Below, piece by piece: positions 8,736 to 18,469 of a DNA stretch of 64,000 nucleotides; the first letter of the stretch is position 1; every line of letters starts with the position of its first letter. A model generated the notes under the pieces. That model was given only the letters and a program-made list of their open reading frames with translations. It was not told the DNA's origin and did no database searches. Position numbers and translations under genes: made by a program. This stretch comes from an uncultured Ruminococcus sp. (GTDB lineage: Bacteria; Bacillota; Clostridia; Oscillospirales; Acutalibacteraceae). The stretch lies in the NCBI GenBank assembly GCA_905233755.1, contig CAJODM010000010.1, forward strand, positions 18,823 through 82,822. The letters run 5' to 3'.

Positions 8736-9638
8736 ATGAAAGAGAAAGCGCCCAGAAAGAAGCGCACCGCTGCCCAAAAGCGCGAAGCGGTATGGGCATG
8801 GGCGTTTGTCGCGCCGACGATCATCGGACTGATCGTGTTGAACTATTATCCTGCCGTCAACACCGTTTGGCAGTCGTTCTGCAAGACCGGCGACTTCGGC
8901 AGGGGCAACACCTTCATCGGTATGACCAACTATATCAGCGCCTTTTCGAACACCGAGACGTGGCAGTCGCTGTGGAACACCATCAAGTACGCGATCATCG
9001 AGGTGCCGTTCGGCGTTGTGATCGCACTGATCCTGGCGGTATTCCTGAACAAGAAGCTGAAGGGCACATCTGCCTTTCGCACCATCTTCTTCCTGCCCAT
9101 GGTCTGCGCCCCCGCGGCGGTCGCCATGGTATGGAAGTGGCTGTATAATCAGCAGTTCGGTCTGCTGAACAACGTGTTCCACACCAACGTGGCGTGGATC
9201 TCCGACCCGAACATCGCGTGGATCTCCATCGGCGTCATCGGCGTATGGTCGATCATCGGTTATAACATGGTCCTCTTTATCTCGGGACTCCAAGAGATCC
9301 CGGGCGACTACTATGAGGCCGCCGAGATCGACGGCGCGACCGGCATCCGCCAGTTCTTCCACATCACCGTGCCGCTGCTGTCGCCGACGACTTTCTTTAT
9401 CGTCCAGACCCGTATCATCGGCGCGCTGACGATCTTCGATTTGATGTTCATGGTCATGGACAAGACGAACGTCGCCCTGCAGAAGACCCAGTCGATCGTC
9501 TACCTGTTCTATACCTATGCCTTTACCAACGGCGACAAGGGCTATGGTGCCACGATCGTCGTTATACTCGTTATCTTCATCATGCTGATCACGGTCATCC
9601 TCCAGCGTGCAGAGAAGAAAATGGTCTATCACGCATAA
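8736..9638 (+). CDS. Carbohydrate ABC permease (MalF-like)
   Basis: TM helices; EAA motif YYEAAEIDGA. Confidence 0.93.
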   Translation: MKEKAPRKKRTAAQKREAVWAWAFVAPTIIGLIVLNYYPAVNTVWQSFCKTGDFGRGNTFIGMTNYISAFSNTETWQSLWNTIKYAIIEVPFGVVIALILAVFLNKKLKGTSAFRTIFFLPMVCAPAAVAMVWKWLYNQQFGLLNNVFHTNVAWISDPNIAWISIGVIGVWSIIGYNMVLFISGLQEIPGDYYEAAEIDGATGIRQFFHITVPLLSPTTFFIVQTRIIGALTIFDLMFMVMDKTNVALQKTQSIVYLFYTYAFTNGDKGYGATIVVILVIFIMLITVILQRAEKKMVYHA

Positions 9639-9656
9639 GAGAGGGGGAACAGATTT

Positions 9657-10499
9657 ATGCAAAGTGCTCGTGCAAGAAATATTGCCAGCAAAGTTATCAT
9701 GTACGTGATCCTCGTGATCATGTCGTTCATCATGCTTGTTCCCTTTGTGTGGATGATCCTCACCGCGCTCAAGACCAACCAGGAGGCCATCTCCGTCGAT
9801 CCGTTCTACATCTTTCCGGCACACGGCTGGCACTGGGAGAACTTCGCCGAGGTATGGAAGAGCTACAACTTTGTTCTGCTCTATAAGAACACCCTTCTGA
9901 TGATCCTGTTCCGCGTGATCTGTGCATGCCTGACCGCGACGATGGCGGGCTATGCGTTCGGTCGTCTGCGCTTCCCGGGCAAGAACTTCCTGTTCGCGCT
10001 CGTGCTGGTCCAGATGATGATCCCCGCCCAGATCTTCATCATCCCCCAGTACCTGATGGTTTCCGGGCTGGGCATCCTGAACACTGTCACGGGACTTGTG
10101 TTCCCGGGTATCGTGACCGCGTTCGGCACCTATCTGCTGAAGACGGGCTATGAGGGACTGCCCAAGGATCTGGAGGAGGCAGCCGATATCGACGGCTGCA
10201 ACATCGGCCAGCGGTTCCTGCGGATTATGATGCCGCTGACGCGCTCGTCGATGGTATCCTTAGGTATCTTCACCGCGCTGTTCGCGTTCAAGGATCTGAT
10301 GTGGCCGATGATCGTCTGCACCAGAGCCGAGACCACCACCCTGTCGGCAGGTCTTGCCAAGATGCAGGGTCAGTTCAGCAGCGACTATCCCACCATGATG
10401 GCGGCAGCCGTACTGGCAGTTGTACCGATGGTTGTGATCTATGTCATCTTCCAGAAGCAATTCGTAGAAGGTATAGCTACCTCGGGCGGCAAGCTGTAA
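9657..10499 (+). CDS. Carbohydrate ABC permease (MalG-like)
   Basis: TM helices; EAA motif LEEAADIDGC. Confidence 0.93.
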   Translation: MQSARARNIASKVIMYVILVIMSFIMLVPFVWMILTALKTNQEAISVDPFYIFPAHGWHWENFAEVWKSYNFVLLYKNTLLMILFRVICACLTATMAGYAFGRLRFPGKNFLFALVLVQMMIPAQIFIIPQYLMVSGLGILNTVTGLVFPGIVTAFGTYLLKTGYEGLPKDLEEAADIDGCNIGQRFLRIMMPLTRSSMVSLGIFTALFAFKDLMWPMIVCTRAETTTLSAGLAKMQGQFSSDYPTMMAAAVLAVVPMVVIYVIFQKQFVEGIATSGGKL

Positions 10500-10529
10500 G
10501 AAGCGTTTTTGCTTGCATACTGAGAGAAT

Positions 10530-10566
10530 GCCGGAGGTATTACACCGTAATGCCTCCGGCTGTTTT
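10530..10566 (+). terminator. Intrinsic terminator of transporter operon
   Basis: GCCGGAGGTATTAC/GTAATGCCTCCGGC stem followed by TGTTTT. Confidence 0.85.
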
Positions 10567-10582
10567 CTTCTCGCCAATGATA

Positions 10583-10591
10583 TGATATAAT
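10583..10591 (+). promoter_or_regulatory. Extended -10 promoter element
   Basis: TG-A-TATAAT; no good -35. Confidence 0.55.
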
Positions 10592-10601
10592 GATCCCGAG
10601 C

Positions 10602-10763
10602 GCTGCTGCTCATTTCAATTAACCCTTAGCATCTGTTGCGGAAGATTACGCATACCGTTGTTGTCGGGCATGACGGGCGCCGACCTGCCTGCGCCCACTG
10701 TCGCGTTCTATGTCGTTTTGTGCTAACATCCTATGATAGCTTTTATTAGAAATCAGTATCAGC
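10602..10763. other. Rod-shaped hairpin, copy B of the apical-motif family
   Basis: 38/49 ungapped identity to copy A around the apex; apex 10674-10692 matches the 19-mer at 16/19; the two ends pair. Confidence 0.7.
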
Positions 10764-10797
10764 AACGCCGAGAGGCGGGGTCATACTGATCGTGAAT

Positions 10798-10843
10798 AAA
10801 AGGCAGACGATCATCCTCGATCCTCTGTGTCTGCTTTTTATTT
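10798..10843 (+). terminator. Terminator-like hairpin upstream of AraC gene
   Basis: AAAAGGCAGAC/GTCTGCTTTT followed by TATTT; long loop. Confidence 0.55.
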
Positions 10844-10895
10844 GAGATCAGCACCGCAGTGACGGACGATAGCTCTTGATACAGGAGATGATGAT

Positions 10896-11795
10896 ATGCC
10901 GCGGGAACCCGGGCTGTATGAGACCAACAAGATACGCTGTATCAGCTTTCATAAGTGGAAGAGCGACGATATCTACCTGACGATGTGCGGGGTAGAGCAC
11001 TGCCTGCCGGACTATATCTATCATACCGACGGTCGGCCGGCATACCACCTGCACGTGATCCTCGACGGACGCGGCGTGCTGTCGGTCAACGGACGGCAGC
11101 AGGAGCTGCACTTCGGGCAGATGTTCATCACCAAGCCCGGCGAGGACACCTGGTACAAGGCGGACTCGAACGATCCGTGGTCGTACTGCTGGATGTCGTT
11201 CGACGGGAACCTTGCGCAGAAGTGTGCCGAGGACGCGGGGTTCCTCCCCGGGGTGAACTGGCTCGACTGTCATATCGACCGCCAGATCTTCTTCACGCTG
11301 GTGTCGCGGATCCTCGACCGCACCGAGGTGGTGCCGTCGAACCTGTACTTGCGAACGGGACTCTTGCTCGAGTATCTCAGCGCGGCGATCGACTCCTATG
11401 ACAGGGGTGCCGCCTCGCCCAGGCGCATCCGCGAGTTCCCGATGGATGACTATGTGCGCTATGCCTATGACTTTATCCGGACGAACTATGCGACCGCTAA
11501 GATCGCCGACGTCGCCGGCTATATCGGCATCCACCGCAGCTATCTGACCAGTATCTTCAAGGAGAAGATCGGTGTATCGCCCCAGAAGTTTTTGATGCAG
11601 TGCCGGCTGGGCCAGGCATGCGAGCTGCTCGAGACGACCGACAACCCGATCCAGGATATCTCGCGTCAGGTGGGCTATGATAATCCCCTGACCTTCTCCA
11701 AGACTTTCAAGAACTTTTACGGTATGAGCCCCAAGGCGTACCGTGCCACCCATAACCCCAACGACGCTGACCCCAAAGGAGGAGCATCCCTATGA
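10896..11795 (+). CDS. AraC-family transcriptional regulator (MsmR/MelR-like)
   Basis: Cupin arabinose-binding-like N-terminus; C-terminal HTH with GYDNPLTFSKTFKNFYGMSPKAYR. Confidence 0.93.
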   Translation: MPREPGLYETNKIRCISFHKWKSDDIYLTMCGVEHCLPDYIYHTDGRPAYHLHVILDGRGVLSVNGRQQELHFGQMFITKPGEDTWYKADSNDPWSYCWMSFDGNLAQKCAEDAGFLPGVNWLDCHIDRQIFFTLVSRILDRTEVVPSNLYLRTGLLLEYLSAAIDSYDRGAASPRRIREFPMDDYVRYAYDFIRTNYATAKIADVAGYIGIHRSYLTSIFKEKIGVSPQKFLMQCRLGQACELLETTDNPIQDISRQVGYDNPLTFSKTFKNFYGMSPKAYRATHNPNDADPKGGASL

Positions 11796-13984
11796 GCATT
11801 CGGTATATCGAGGACACCCGCCAGCTGCTGCTGGAGACCGACTCCACCTGCTACCAGATGAAGATCGACAACCTCGGGTATCTGCAGCACCTTTACTATG
11901 GGCTGAAGATCGGCGAGAACGACCTAAACTATCCCTATCGGCTTTATGATCACGGGTTCTCGGGGAACCCGTATGATATGCGCGATAACCGCGCCTACTC
12001 GCTCGACGCGCTGCCCCAGGAGTACACCTCCTTCGGGGTGGGCGACTTTCGCGTCAGCAGCATCGCGGCGTCCTGCTCGGACGGAAGCCGATGCGCCGAG
12101 TTCCGCTATGAGAGCCATGAGATCCGCTCGGGCAAATATGCCATCCCCGGGCTGCCGTCGGTATATGATAACGGCGATACCGTCGATACGCTGGTCGTCA
12201 CCCTGATCGACACCGCGGCGAACATCCGTATCCGGCTGTACTACGGGGTGTTCGAGGAGCTGGATATCATCACCCGCTCAGCCGAGATCAGCAACGCCGG
12301 ACAGGAGACCGTCTGGCTGCGAAAGGCGTCGTCGATGTGCCTCGATCTGCCGTTCGGCGGGTGGGATCTGATCCACTTCCACGGGCGGCACTGTATGGAG
12401 CGCCAGTTCGAGCGCACCCCGCTGTTCCACGGGATCCAGACCGTCTCCTCCGGACGCGGGATGTCCAGCCATCAGCACAATCCCTTCGTCATCCTGTGCA
12501 GCCACGACGCCACCGAGGACGACGGCTTCTGCTACGGCATGATGCTGATGTACTCGGGCAACTACAAGATCGAGATCGAGCGCGACCAGTTCGACAGCAC
12601 CCGCGTGGTGATGGGCGTCAGCGACGACCGGTTCCGCTGGGAGCTGTCGCCGGGCACAAGCTTCCATACCCCCGAGATCATCCTGACCTGTGCCGACGGG
12701 CTGACCCGCCTGTCCCACCGCTATCACCGCGTGATCCGCAACAACGTCATCCGCGGACAATACAAGCTCGGCTCCCGCCCCGTGCTCATCAACAGCTGGG
12801 AGGCGGTCTACTTTGAGCAGCGACAGGATAAGATCCTCTCTCTCGCAAGACAGGCAAAGGATCTCGGCATTGACCTGTTCGTCGTCGACGACGGATGGTT
12901 CAAGAACCGCAACGACGACAACGCGGGGCTCGGCGACTGGGTCCCGGATGAGAGGAAGCTCCCCGACGGCCTCGACGGGCTGATCGGAAAGATCAACGAG
13001 ATGGGGATGCGGTTCGGGCTGTGGGTCGAACCCGAGATGGTGAACGAGGATTCGGAACTCTACCGGATGCATCCCGACTGGGCACTGACCGCGCCGAACC
13101 GTGCGCCGATGATGGCGCGCAACCAGCTCGTGCTGGATCTCTCGCGCGATGAGGTGCACGAATATATCTATCACACGATGGCAGAGCTGCTGACCCGCTA
13201 TCATATCGAGTACATTAAATGGGACTTTAACCGTCCGCTGTCGGACGTGTACTCTCATTCGACGCCCTCCCCGCGTCAGGGCGAGGTCGCCCACCGATAC
13301 TATCTGTCGCTCTATCGACTGTATGAGCGGCTGACGAGCGAGTTTCCGGATGTGCTGTTCGAAGGATGTGCGGGCGGCGGCGGACGGTTCGACGCCGGGA
13401 TGCTCCACTACACCCCCCAGATCTGGTGCTCCGACAACACCGATCCCATCGCGCGCCTGTCGATCCAGTACGGCACCTCGTTCGGGTATCCGCTGTCGTC
13501 GATCTCGGCGCACGTCTCTGCCTCGCCGAACCACCAGACCGGACGTGTCACGCCGATCTCGACGCGCGCGACGGTGGCGATGACCGGCGCGTTCGGCTAT
13601 GAGCTCGACCTCGACAAGCTGTCCGAAGAGGATCGCGCCGATATCCGCGCCCAGATCGTGCGCTATAAGGAACTCGAGACACTCCTGCACGAGGGGCTCT
13701 ACTATCGGCTGAGCGCCCCGACGGGCGACTCCGACTGTGTGGTGTGGCAGATCGTCAGCCCTGAGCGCGACCGCTGTCTGCTGTCGATCGTCGTCACCGA
13801 CCCGCCGGCGAACTCGGTTCCGATGCACGTGCAGCTCAAGGGGCTCGACCCCGACGCGCTCTATGACGTCGGCGGCGAGTTCACCTGCTACGGCCGCGCG
13901 CTGATGCACGCGGGCTATACCTTCCTGCAGCTGACCGGCGACTATCCCGCTATGCAGGTCGATATCAAGAAGCTCGGCACATGA
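11792..13984 (+). CDS. aga: Alpha-galactosidase GH36
   Basis: INSWEA, FVVDDGWF, FGLWVEPEMV, YIKWDFNR, CAGGGGRFD, WCSDNTD. Confidence 0.95.
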   Translation: MSIRYIEDTRQLLLETDSTCYQMKIDNLGYLQHLYYGLKIGENDLNYPYRLYDHGFSGNPYDMRDNRAYSLDALPQEYTSFGVGDFRVSSIAASCSDGSRCAEFRYESHEIRSGKYAIPGLPSVYDNGDTVDTLVVTLIDTAANIRIRLYYGVFEELDIITRSAEISNAGQETVWLRKASSMCLDLPFGGWDLIHFHGRHCMERQFERTPLFHGIQTVSSGRGMSSHQHNPFVILCSHDATEDDGFCYGMMLMYSGNYKIEIERDQFDSTRVVMGVSDDRFRWELSPGTSFHTPEIILTCADGLTRLSHRYHRVIRNNVIRGQYKLGSRPVLINSWEAVYFEQRQDKILSLARQAKDLGIDLFVVDDGWFKNRNDDNAGLGDWVPDERKLPDGLDGLIGKINEMGMRFGLWVEPEMVNEDSELYRMHPDWALTAPNRAPMMARNQLVLDLSRDEVHEYIYHTMAELLTRYHIEYIKWDFNRPLSDVYSHSTPSPRQGEVAHRYYLSLYRLYERLTSEFPDVLFEGCAGGGGRFDAGMLHYTPQIWCSDNTDPIARLSIQYGTSFGYPLSSISAHVSASPNHQTGRVTPISTRATVAMTGAFGYELDLDKLSEEDRADIRAQIVRYKELETLLHEGLYYRLSAPTGDSDCVVWQIVSPERDRCLLSIVVTDPPANSVPMHVQLKGLDPDALYDVGGEFTCYGRALMHAGYTFLQLTGDYPAMQVDIKKLGT

Positions 13985-14012
13985 ACCTATCCGCGATTCA
14001 AGGAGGCAGAAG

Positions 14013-14717
14013 ATGAGGGACAAGAACCTCAACCCCAACAAGCTCGATCTTGCCGAAGAGAAGAAGAAGCTGCGTGAGATGAGCTTCTCTGAGGCGGTGC
14101 AATATATCTGGATGTACTTCAAGATACCGATCATCGCGGTTTTCGCCGTGCTCGCTATCGGGATATTCCTTACGGTGCGGATCGCCACCAACATCCCCGA
14201 CAACTGGCTGATGGTGACCTTCTCCAACACCACCGTCGACGCCGGCACCGGCTCCCCGCTGTGGGAGGCGTTCACCGATGCGGCGGGATATGACCTCACC
14301 GAGAAGAAAGTCGAGTTCAACTCCGTCTCCTACTTCGATTATCTGCAGAACCAGGCGCGCGGCAACGCCTACTATAACGCGTTCGTCACCCTCGCCGATG
14401 TGGGCGAGCTCGACGCCATCACCATGGAGGTAGATTCGCTCGCCGCCCTCGGTCAGAGCGGCCGGCTGATGGATCTGAACGATCCGCGGTGTGCGGCGAT
14501 CAAGGAGAAGTACGCCGATCGATTTGTCTACTATACCCCGCCCGAGGACGATGAGGACTTTGACGGGCCTATACCGGTCGGGATCGACATCAGCGACAGC
14601 ATCCTTGTGACCGAGTATCACCTCTATCAGGATAGCTGCGCGATCGGTATCGGTGCTCACAGTGAGAACCTGGAAGAGGTAGAGTACTTCATCGACTTTG
14701 TACTGGGAGATGGTTAA
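14013..14717 (+). CDS. Conserved hypothetical membrane-anchored protein (usual YesL partner)
   Basis: Charged N-terminus, single TM (QYIWMYFKIPIIAV...), acidic extracellular domain. Confidence 0.65.
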   Translation: MRDKNLNPNKLDLAEEKKKLREMSFSEAVQYIWMYFKIPIIAVFAVLAIGIFLTVRIATNIPDNWLMVTFSNTTVDAGTGSPLWEAFTDAAGYDLTEKKVEFNSVSYFDYLQNQARGNAYYNAFVTLADVGELDAITMEVDSLAALGQSGRLMDLNDPRCAAIKEKYADRFVYYTPPEDDEDFDGPIPVGIDISDSILVTEYHLYQDSCAIGIGAHSENLEEVEYFIDFVLGDG

Positions 14718-14719
14718 CC

Positions 14720-15502
14720 ATGCGTGAGCTGATCGGCTCATTCTTATCCAACGACAGCCCGTTCGGGCGCGCGATGACAAAGGTCGGCATCATTATTGCC
14801 GCGAACCTGATGTTCATCCTGTTCAGCATCCCCGTCGTGACCGTCGGCGCGGCGTATGTGGCGATGTACCACGTGATGCTCAAGACGCTGCGCGGCGACG
14901 GCGTGATCAACCCTTTCAAGCAATTCTGGATCGGCTTTAAGACCAACTTCAAGCAGGCGACGATCGCGTGGGTGATTTTTGCCGCGCTGATGGCGTTCGG
15001 CTACTATGACGTCTCTTTGTGCCGTCAGGCGACGGGGCTGATCTATCAGCTGCAGTACCTCATCTATGTGCTGGGGCTGTTGGTGGTGACGGCGTTCATC
15101 TATCTGCTGCCCACGATGGCGGCGTTCGAGAACACCCTGCCGAACCTCGTCCGCAACGGGATGTACTTCGCCCTTCACAAGCCGTGGTTTTTGATCGTCA
15201 TCCTGTTCTTCCACCTGTTCCCGCTGTATCTGACCTATTCCGATCGCCAGATGCTGCCGCTGTATGCGTTCATCTGGTTCTTCTTCGGGTTCGGCGCGAT
15301 CGCCATGCTGACGTCGCGCCTGCTCCTCAAGGACTTCTGTAGGTACCTGCCGCTGGTCGATGACTACGGCGACTTTATCCTTGATGAGAACGGCGACAAG
15401 ATCATGCCCGGCAGCGCCGCCGAGGCGGCGCTCGATGCTGCAGGCGAACACGAGATGACCGAGGACGAGATCCTCGAAGAGATGAAGAAGCTCGATATGT
15501 AG
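14720..15502 (+). CDS. YesL/DUF624 family membrane protein
   Basis: NLMFILFSIPVVTVGAA...FWIGFKTNFKQA pattern; acidic C-terminal tail. Confidence 0.85.
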   Translation: MRELIGSFLSNDSPFGRAMTKVGIIIAANLMFILFSIPVVTVGAAYVAMYHVMLKTLRGDGVINPFKQFWIGFKTNFKQATIAWVIFAALMAFGYYDVSLCRQATGLIYQLQYLIYVLGLLVVTAFIYLLPTMAAFENTLPNLVRNGMYFALHKPWFLIVILFFHLFPLYLTYSDRQMLPLYAFIWFFFGFGAIAMLTSRLLLKDFCRYLPLVDDYGDFILDENGDKIMPGSAAEAALDAAGEHEMTEDEILEEMKKLDM

Positions 15503-15608
15503 ACATCGGATACTTACCGTTCGATACCCTATCAAACCCCGCTGAAGTGCCTGCCATGCGGCAGCTTTCGGCATGATGATTTCGGCACTATTGCCACAAG
15601 GAGACCCC

Positions 15609-16898
15609 ATGGATATCAGAGACTGGATCAATGTTTTTCACACCGGCAGAGCTGACGCGACCCTTGCCCGCCTGTACGGAGCGGACGACGAGGTGCTGGA
15701 TACCCAGCGGCGCCGCTATATCGCGGCGGCAGAGCGGTTCGGCGAGCTGTTCGGGGAGCGATCTGACGTGCGCGCCTACTCTGCGCCCGGGCGGACCGAG
15801 ATCGGCGGCAACCATACCGACCACCAGCGCGGCTGTGCGCTGGCAGCGGCGGTGAACCTCGATGTGATCTCGTTCGTATCGTTCCATGACGAGGGCGTGA
15901 TCCGGCTCTACTCCGAGGGGTACGGCATGACGACGATCGACCTTGCGGACCTCTCGGTGCACGAGGGAGAGAAGGGCTCGACCGCCGGTATCATCCGCGG
16001 TGTTGCCGCCCGCTTTGAACAGATGGGCGTCAAGGTCGGCGGGTTTGACGCCTATGCCGCGTCCGATGTGCTCGGCGGCAGCGGGCTGTCGTCGTCGGCG
16101 GCGTTCGAGACGCTCGTCGGCACGATGATTGACCTGTACTATAACAACGGCGACGAGGGCGCCGTCAGCATCGCCAAGATCGGCCAGTATGCCGAGAACG
16201 CGTACTTCGGCAAGGGCAGCGGGCTGCTCGATCAGACGGTGTGCTCGGTCGGCGGGTTCGTGTTCATCGACTTTGCCGATGCCGAGAACCCCGTCGTCGA
16301 ACAGCACAGCTTTGACTTCGAGTCGGCGGGCTATCGGCTGTGCATCACCGATACCAAGGGCAGCCACAGCGATCTGACCGACGACTATGTCGCGGTGCCC
16401 GCCGAGATGAGGTCGGTCGCCGCGTGCTTTCATAAGGACGTCCTCCACGAGGTGGATGAGCAGGCGTTCTATGATGCGATCCCGTCGCTGCGCTCGCGGT
16501 GCTCCGACCGTGCGCTGCTGCGCGCGATCCACTTCTTCGGTGAGAACCGCCGCGCCCGCGAGGAGGCCGCCGCGCTCGATCGGGGCGACCTCGACGAGTT
16601 CTTCCGGCTGTTCTGCGCGTCGGCACACTCGTCGGCGAATCTGTTGCAGAACCTCTACTCGACCGGCAAGCCGACCGAGCAGGGCATCACCCTTGCCATC
16701 GCCGTCAGTAAGCTCGTGCTCGGGCAGGGCGCGCCGGTGCGCGTACACGGCGGCGGGTTCGCCGGTACCGTCCAGGCGTTCGTATCGTTCGAGAAGACCG
16801 AGGAATACCGCCGGAAGATGGACGCCCTCTTCGGCGAGGGGAGCTGCTATGTGCTGCGTATCCGCCCCGTCGGCGGGTGCGAGATCCTCCCCGACTGA
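15609..16898 (+). CDS. galK: Galactokinase (GHMP family)
   Basis: APGRTEIGGNHTDHQ, GSGLSSSAAFE, RVHGGGFAGT; ATG 15609 with GGAG RBS. Confidence 0.88.
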   Translation: MDIRDWINVFHTGRADATLARLYGADDEVLDTQRRRYIAAAERFGELFGERSDVRAYSAPGRTEIGGNHTDHQRGCALAAAVNLDVISFVSFHDEGVIRLYSEGYGMTTIDLADLSVHEGEKGSTAGIIRGVAARFEQMGVKVGGFDAYAASDVLGGSGLSSSAAFETLVGTMIDLYYNNGDEGAVSIAKIGQYAENAYFGKGSGLLDQTVCSVGGFVFIDFADAENPVVEQHSFDFESAGYRLCITDTKGSHSDLTDDYVAVPAEMRSVAACFHKDVLHEVDEQAFYDAIPSLRSRCSDRALLRAIHFFGENRRAREEAAALDRGDLDEFFRLFCASAHSSANLLQNLYSTGKPTEQGITLAIAVSKLVLGQGAPVRVHGGGFAGTVQAFVSFEKTEEYRRKMDALFGEGSCYVLRIRPVGGCEILPD

Positions 16899-16940
16899 CC
16901 CTATCTGTAAAGGAAAGAGTGTACGAAATGAGGTGTTCGT

Positions 16941-18434
16941 ATGATTTGCAGTGATATTCAGGACCTGATCGACTATGCGCTGGACGCCCGGCTGATCGCC
17001 CCCGAGGACACGATCGTCGTGCGCAACCTGTTGATGGATCTGCTGCGCGTTGCCGACTGGACGCCGGAGGACGGCGCCGTCTATGCGGGACAGAGCGTTG
17101 ATGATCTGCTCGCGCCGCTGATCGACTATGCCGTGTCGCACGGTATCATCGAGGATACCGCCGTCAATCGCGATCTGTTCGATACCCGGCTGATGGGGCT
17201 GCTGACCCCGATGCCGCGCGACGTTATCCGTGCGTTCCGCGACCGCTATGACCGCTCGCCGCAGGAGGCGACCGCGTGGTACTATGACCACAGCAAGAAG
17301 ACCAACTATGTCCGCTCGGGTCGGATCGCAAAGGATCTGAAGTGGCAGTACGAGAGCGACTTCGGCACCCTCGATATCACCATCAACCGCTCCAAGCCCG
17401 AGAAGGACCCGCGCGATATCGCGGCGGCGCGCACGAGCGCATCGACCGCCTATCCCATGTGCCAGCTATGCGCCGAGAACATGGGGTTCTGCGGTACCCG
17501 CACCCATCCCGCGCGGCAGAACCTGCGCCCCGTCCCGCTGAACATCCACGGGCAGACGTGGTATCTGCAGTACTCCCCCTATGGCTACTATCACGAGCAC
17601 TGTATCGTCTTCAACGAACGGCATATCCCGATGGTAATCGACGCCGAGGTGTTCGGCAAGCTGTTCGACTTTGTCGAGGCGTTCCCCCACTACTTCATCG
17701 GCTCGAACGCCGACCTTCCGATCGTGGGGGGGTCGATCCTCTCGCACGAGCATTTTCAGGGCGGGAACTACACCTTCGCAATGGCCAAGGCGCCGGTCGA
17801 GCTCACCTTCCGGATGCCCGAGTTCCCACAGGTGGAGGCGGGCATCGTCAACTGGGCGATGTCGGTGATCCGGCTGCGGGGAGCCGACCGCGAGCAGCTT
17901 GAGCGCGCCTGCGCCCATGTGCTGATGAACTGGCGCGGCTACTCGGATGAGGCGGCGGGGATCCTCGCGTTCACCCGCGACACCCCGCACAACACCGTCA
18001 CCCCGATCGCACGTATGAGGGACGGGGTGCTCGAGTGCGACCTTGTGCTGCGCAACAACATCACCTCGCCCGACCGTCCGCTGGGGGTGTATCACCCGCG
18101 CCCCTCGCTCCATCATATCAAGAAGGAGAATATCGGGCTGATCGAGGTGATGGGGCTGGCGGTGCTGCCCGCGCGTCTGGCGGCAGAGCTCGATGCTGTG
18201 AAGGAGGCGCTGCTGCAAGGCGCCGATATGACCGCCGATCCGCTCACAGCGTCCCATGCTATATGGGCAGAGGACATCAAGCGCCGTCATGCCGAGCTGT
18301 GTGAGCACAACGCGACAGAGATTATCCGCAGCGAGGTCGGCGCGGTGTTCAGCGAGGTGCTGTGCGACGCCGGCGTCTTTAAGCGTGACGCCCTCGGCAC
18401 AGCCGCGTTCCGGCGGTTCATCCGCACCCTGTGA
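16941..18434 (+). CDS. galT: Galactose-1-phosphate uridylyltransferase, type II
   Basis: ITINRSKPEKDP, YSPYGYYHEH, GGSILSHEHFQGG, HIKKENIGLIEVMG. Confidence 0.95.
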   Translation: MICSDIQDLIDYALDARLIAPEDTIVVRNLLMDLLRVADWTPEDGAVYAGQSVDDLLAPLIDYAVSHGIIEDTAVNRDLFDTRLMGLLTPMPRDVIRAFRDRYDRSPQEATAWYYDHSKKTNYVRSGRIAKDLKWQYESDFGTLDITINRSKPEKDPRDIAAARTSASTAYPMCQLCAENMGFCGTRTHPARQNLRPVPLNIHGQTWYLQYSPYGYYHEHCIVFNERHIPMVIDAEVFGKLFDFVEAFPHYFIGSNADLPIVGGSILSHEHFQGGNYTFAMAKAPVELTFRMPEFPQVEAGIVNWAMSVIRLRGADREQLERACAHVLMNWRGYSDEAAGILAFTRDTPHNTVTPIARMRDGVLECDLVLRNNITSPDRPLGVYHPRPSLHHIKKENIGLIEVMGLAVLPARLAAELDAVKEALLQGADMTADPLTASHAIWAEDIKRRHAELCEHNATEIIRSEVGAVFSEVLCDAGVFKRDALGTAAFRRFIRTL

Positions 18435-18469
18435 CCGAGATACGATAACCATTCTATAAGGAGGATGCT

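Noticed and set aside
10602-10763. 6S RNA identity for the rod elements (GGGCGCCGACCTGC resembles a 6S motif)
   Set aside because: The motif is at the apex here, not in the 3' bubble, and the terminal stem is only 5 bp; should still be tested with cmscan
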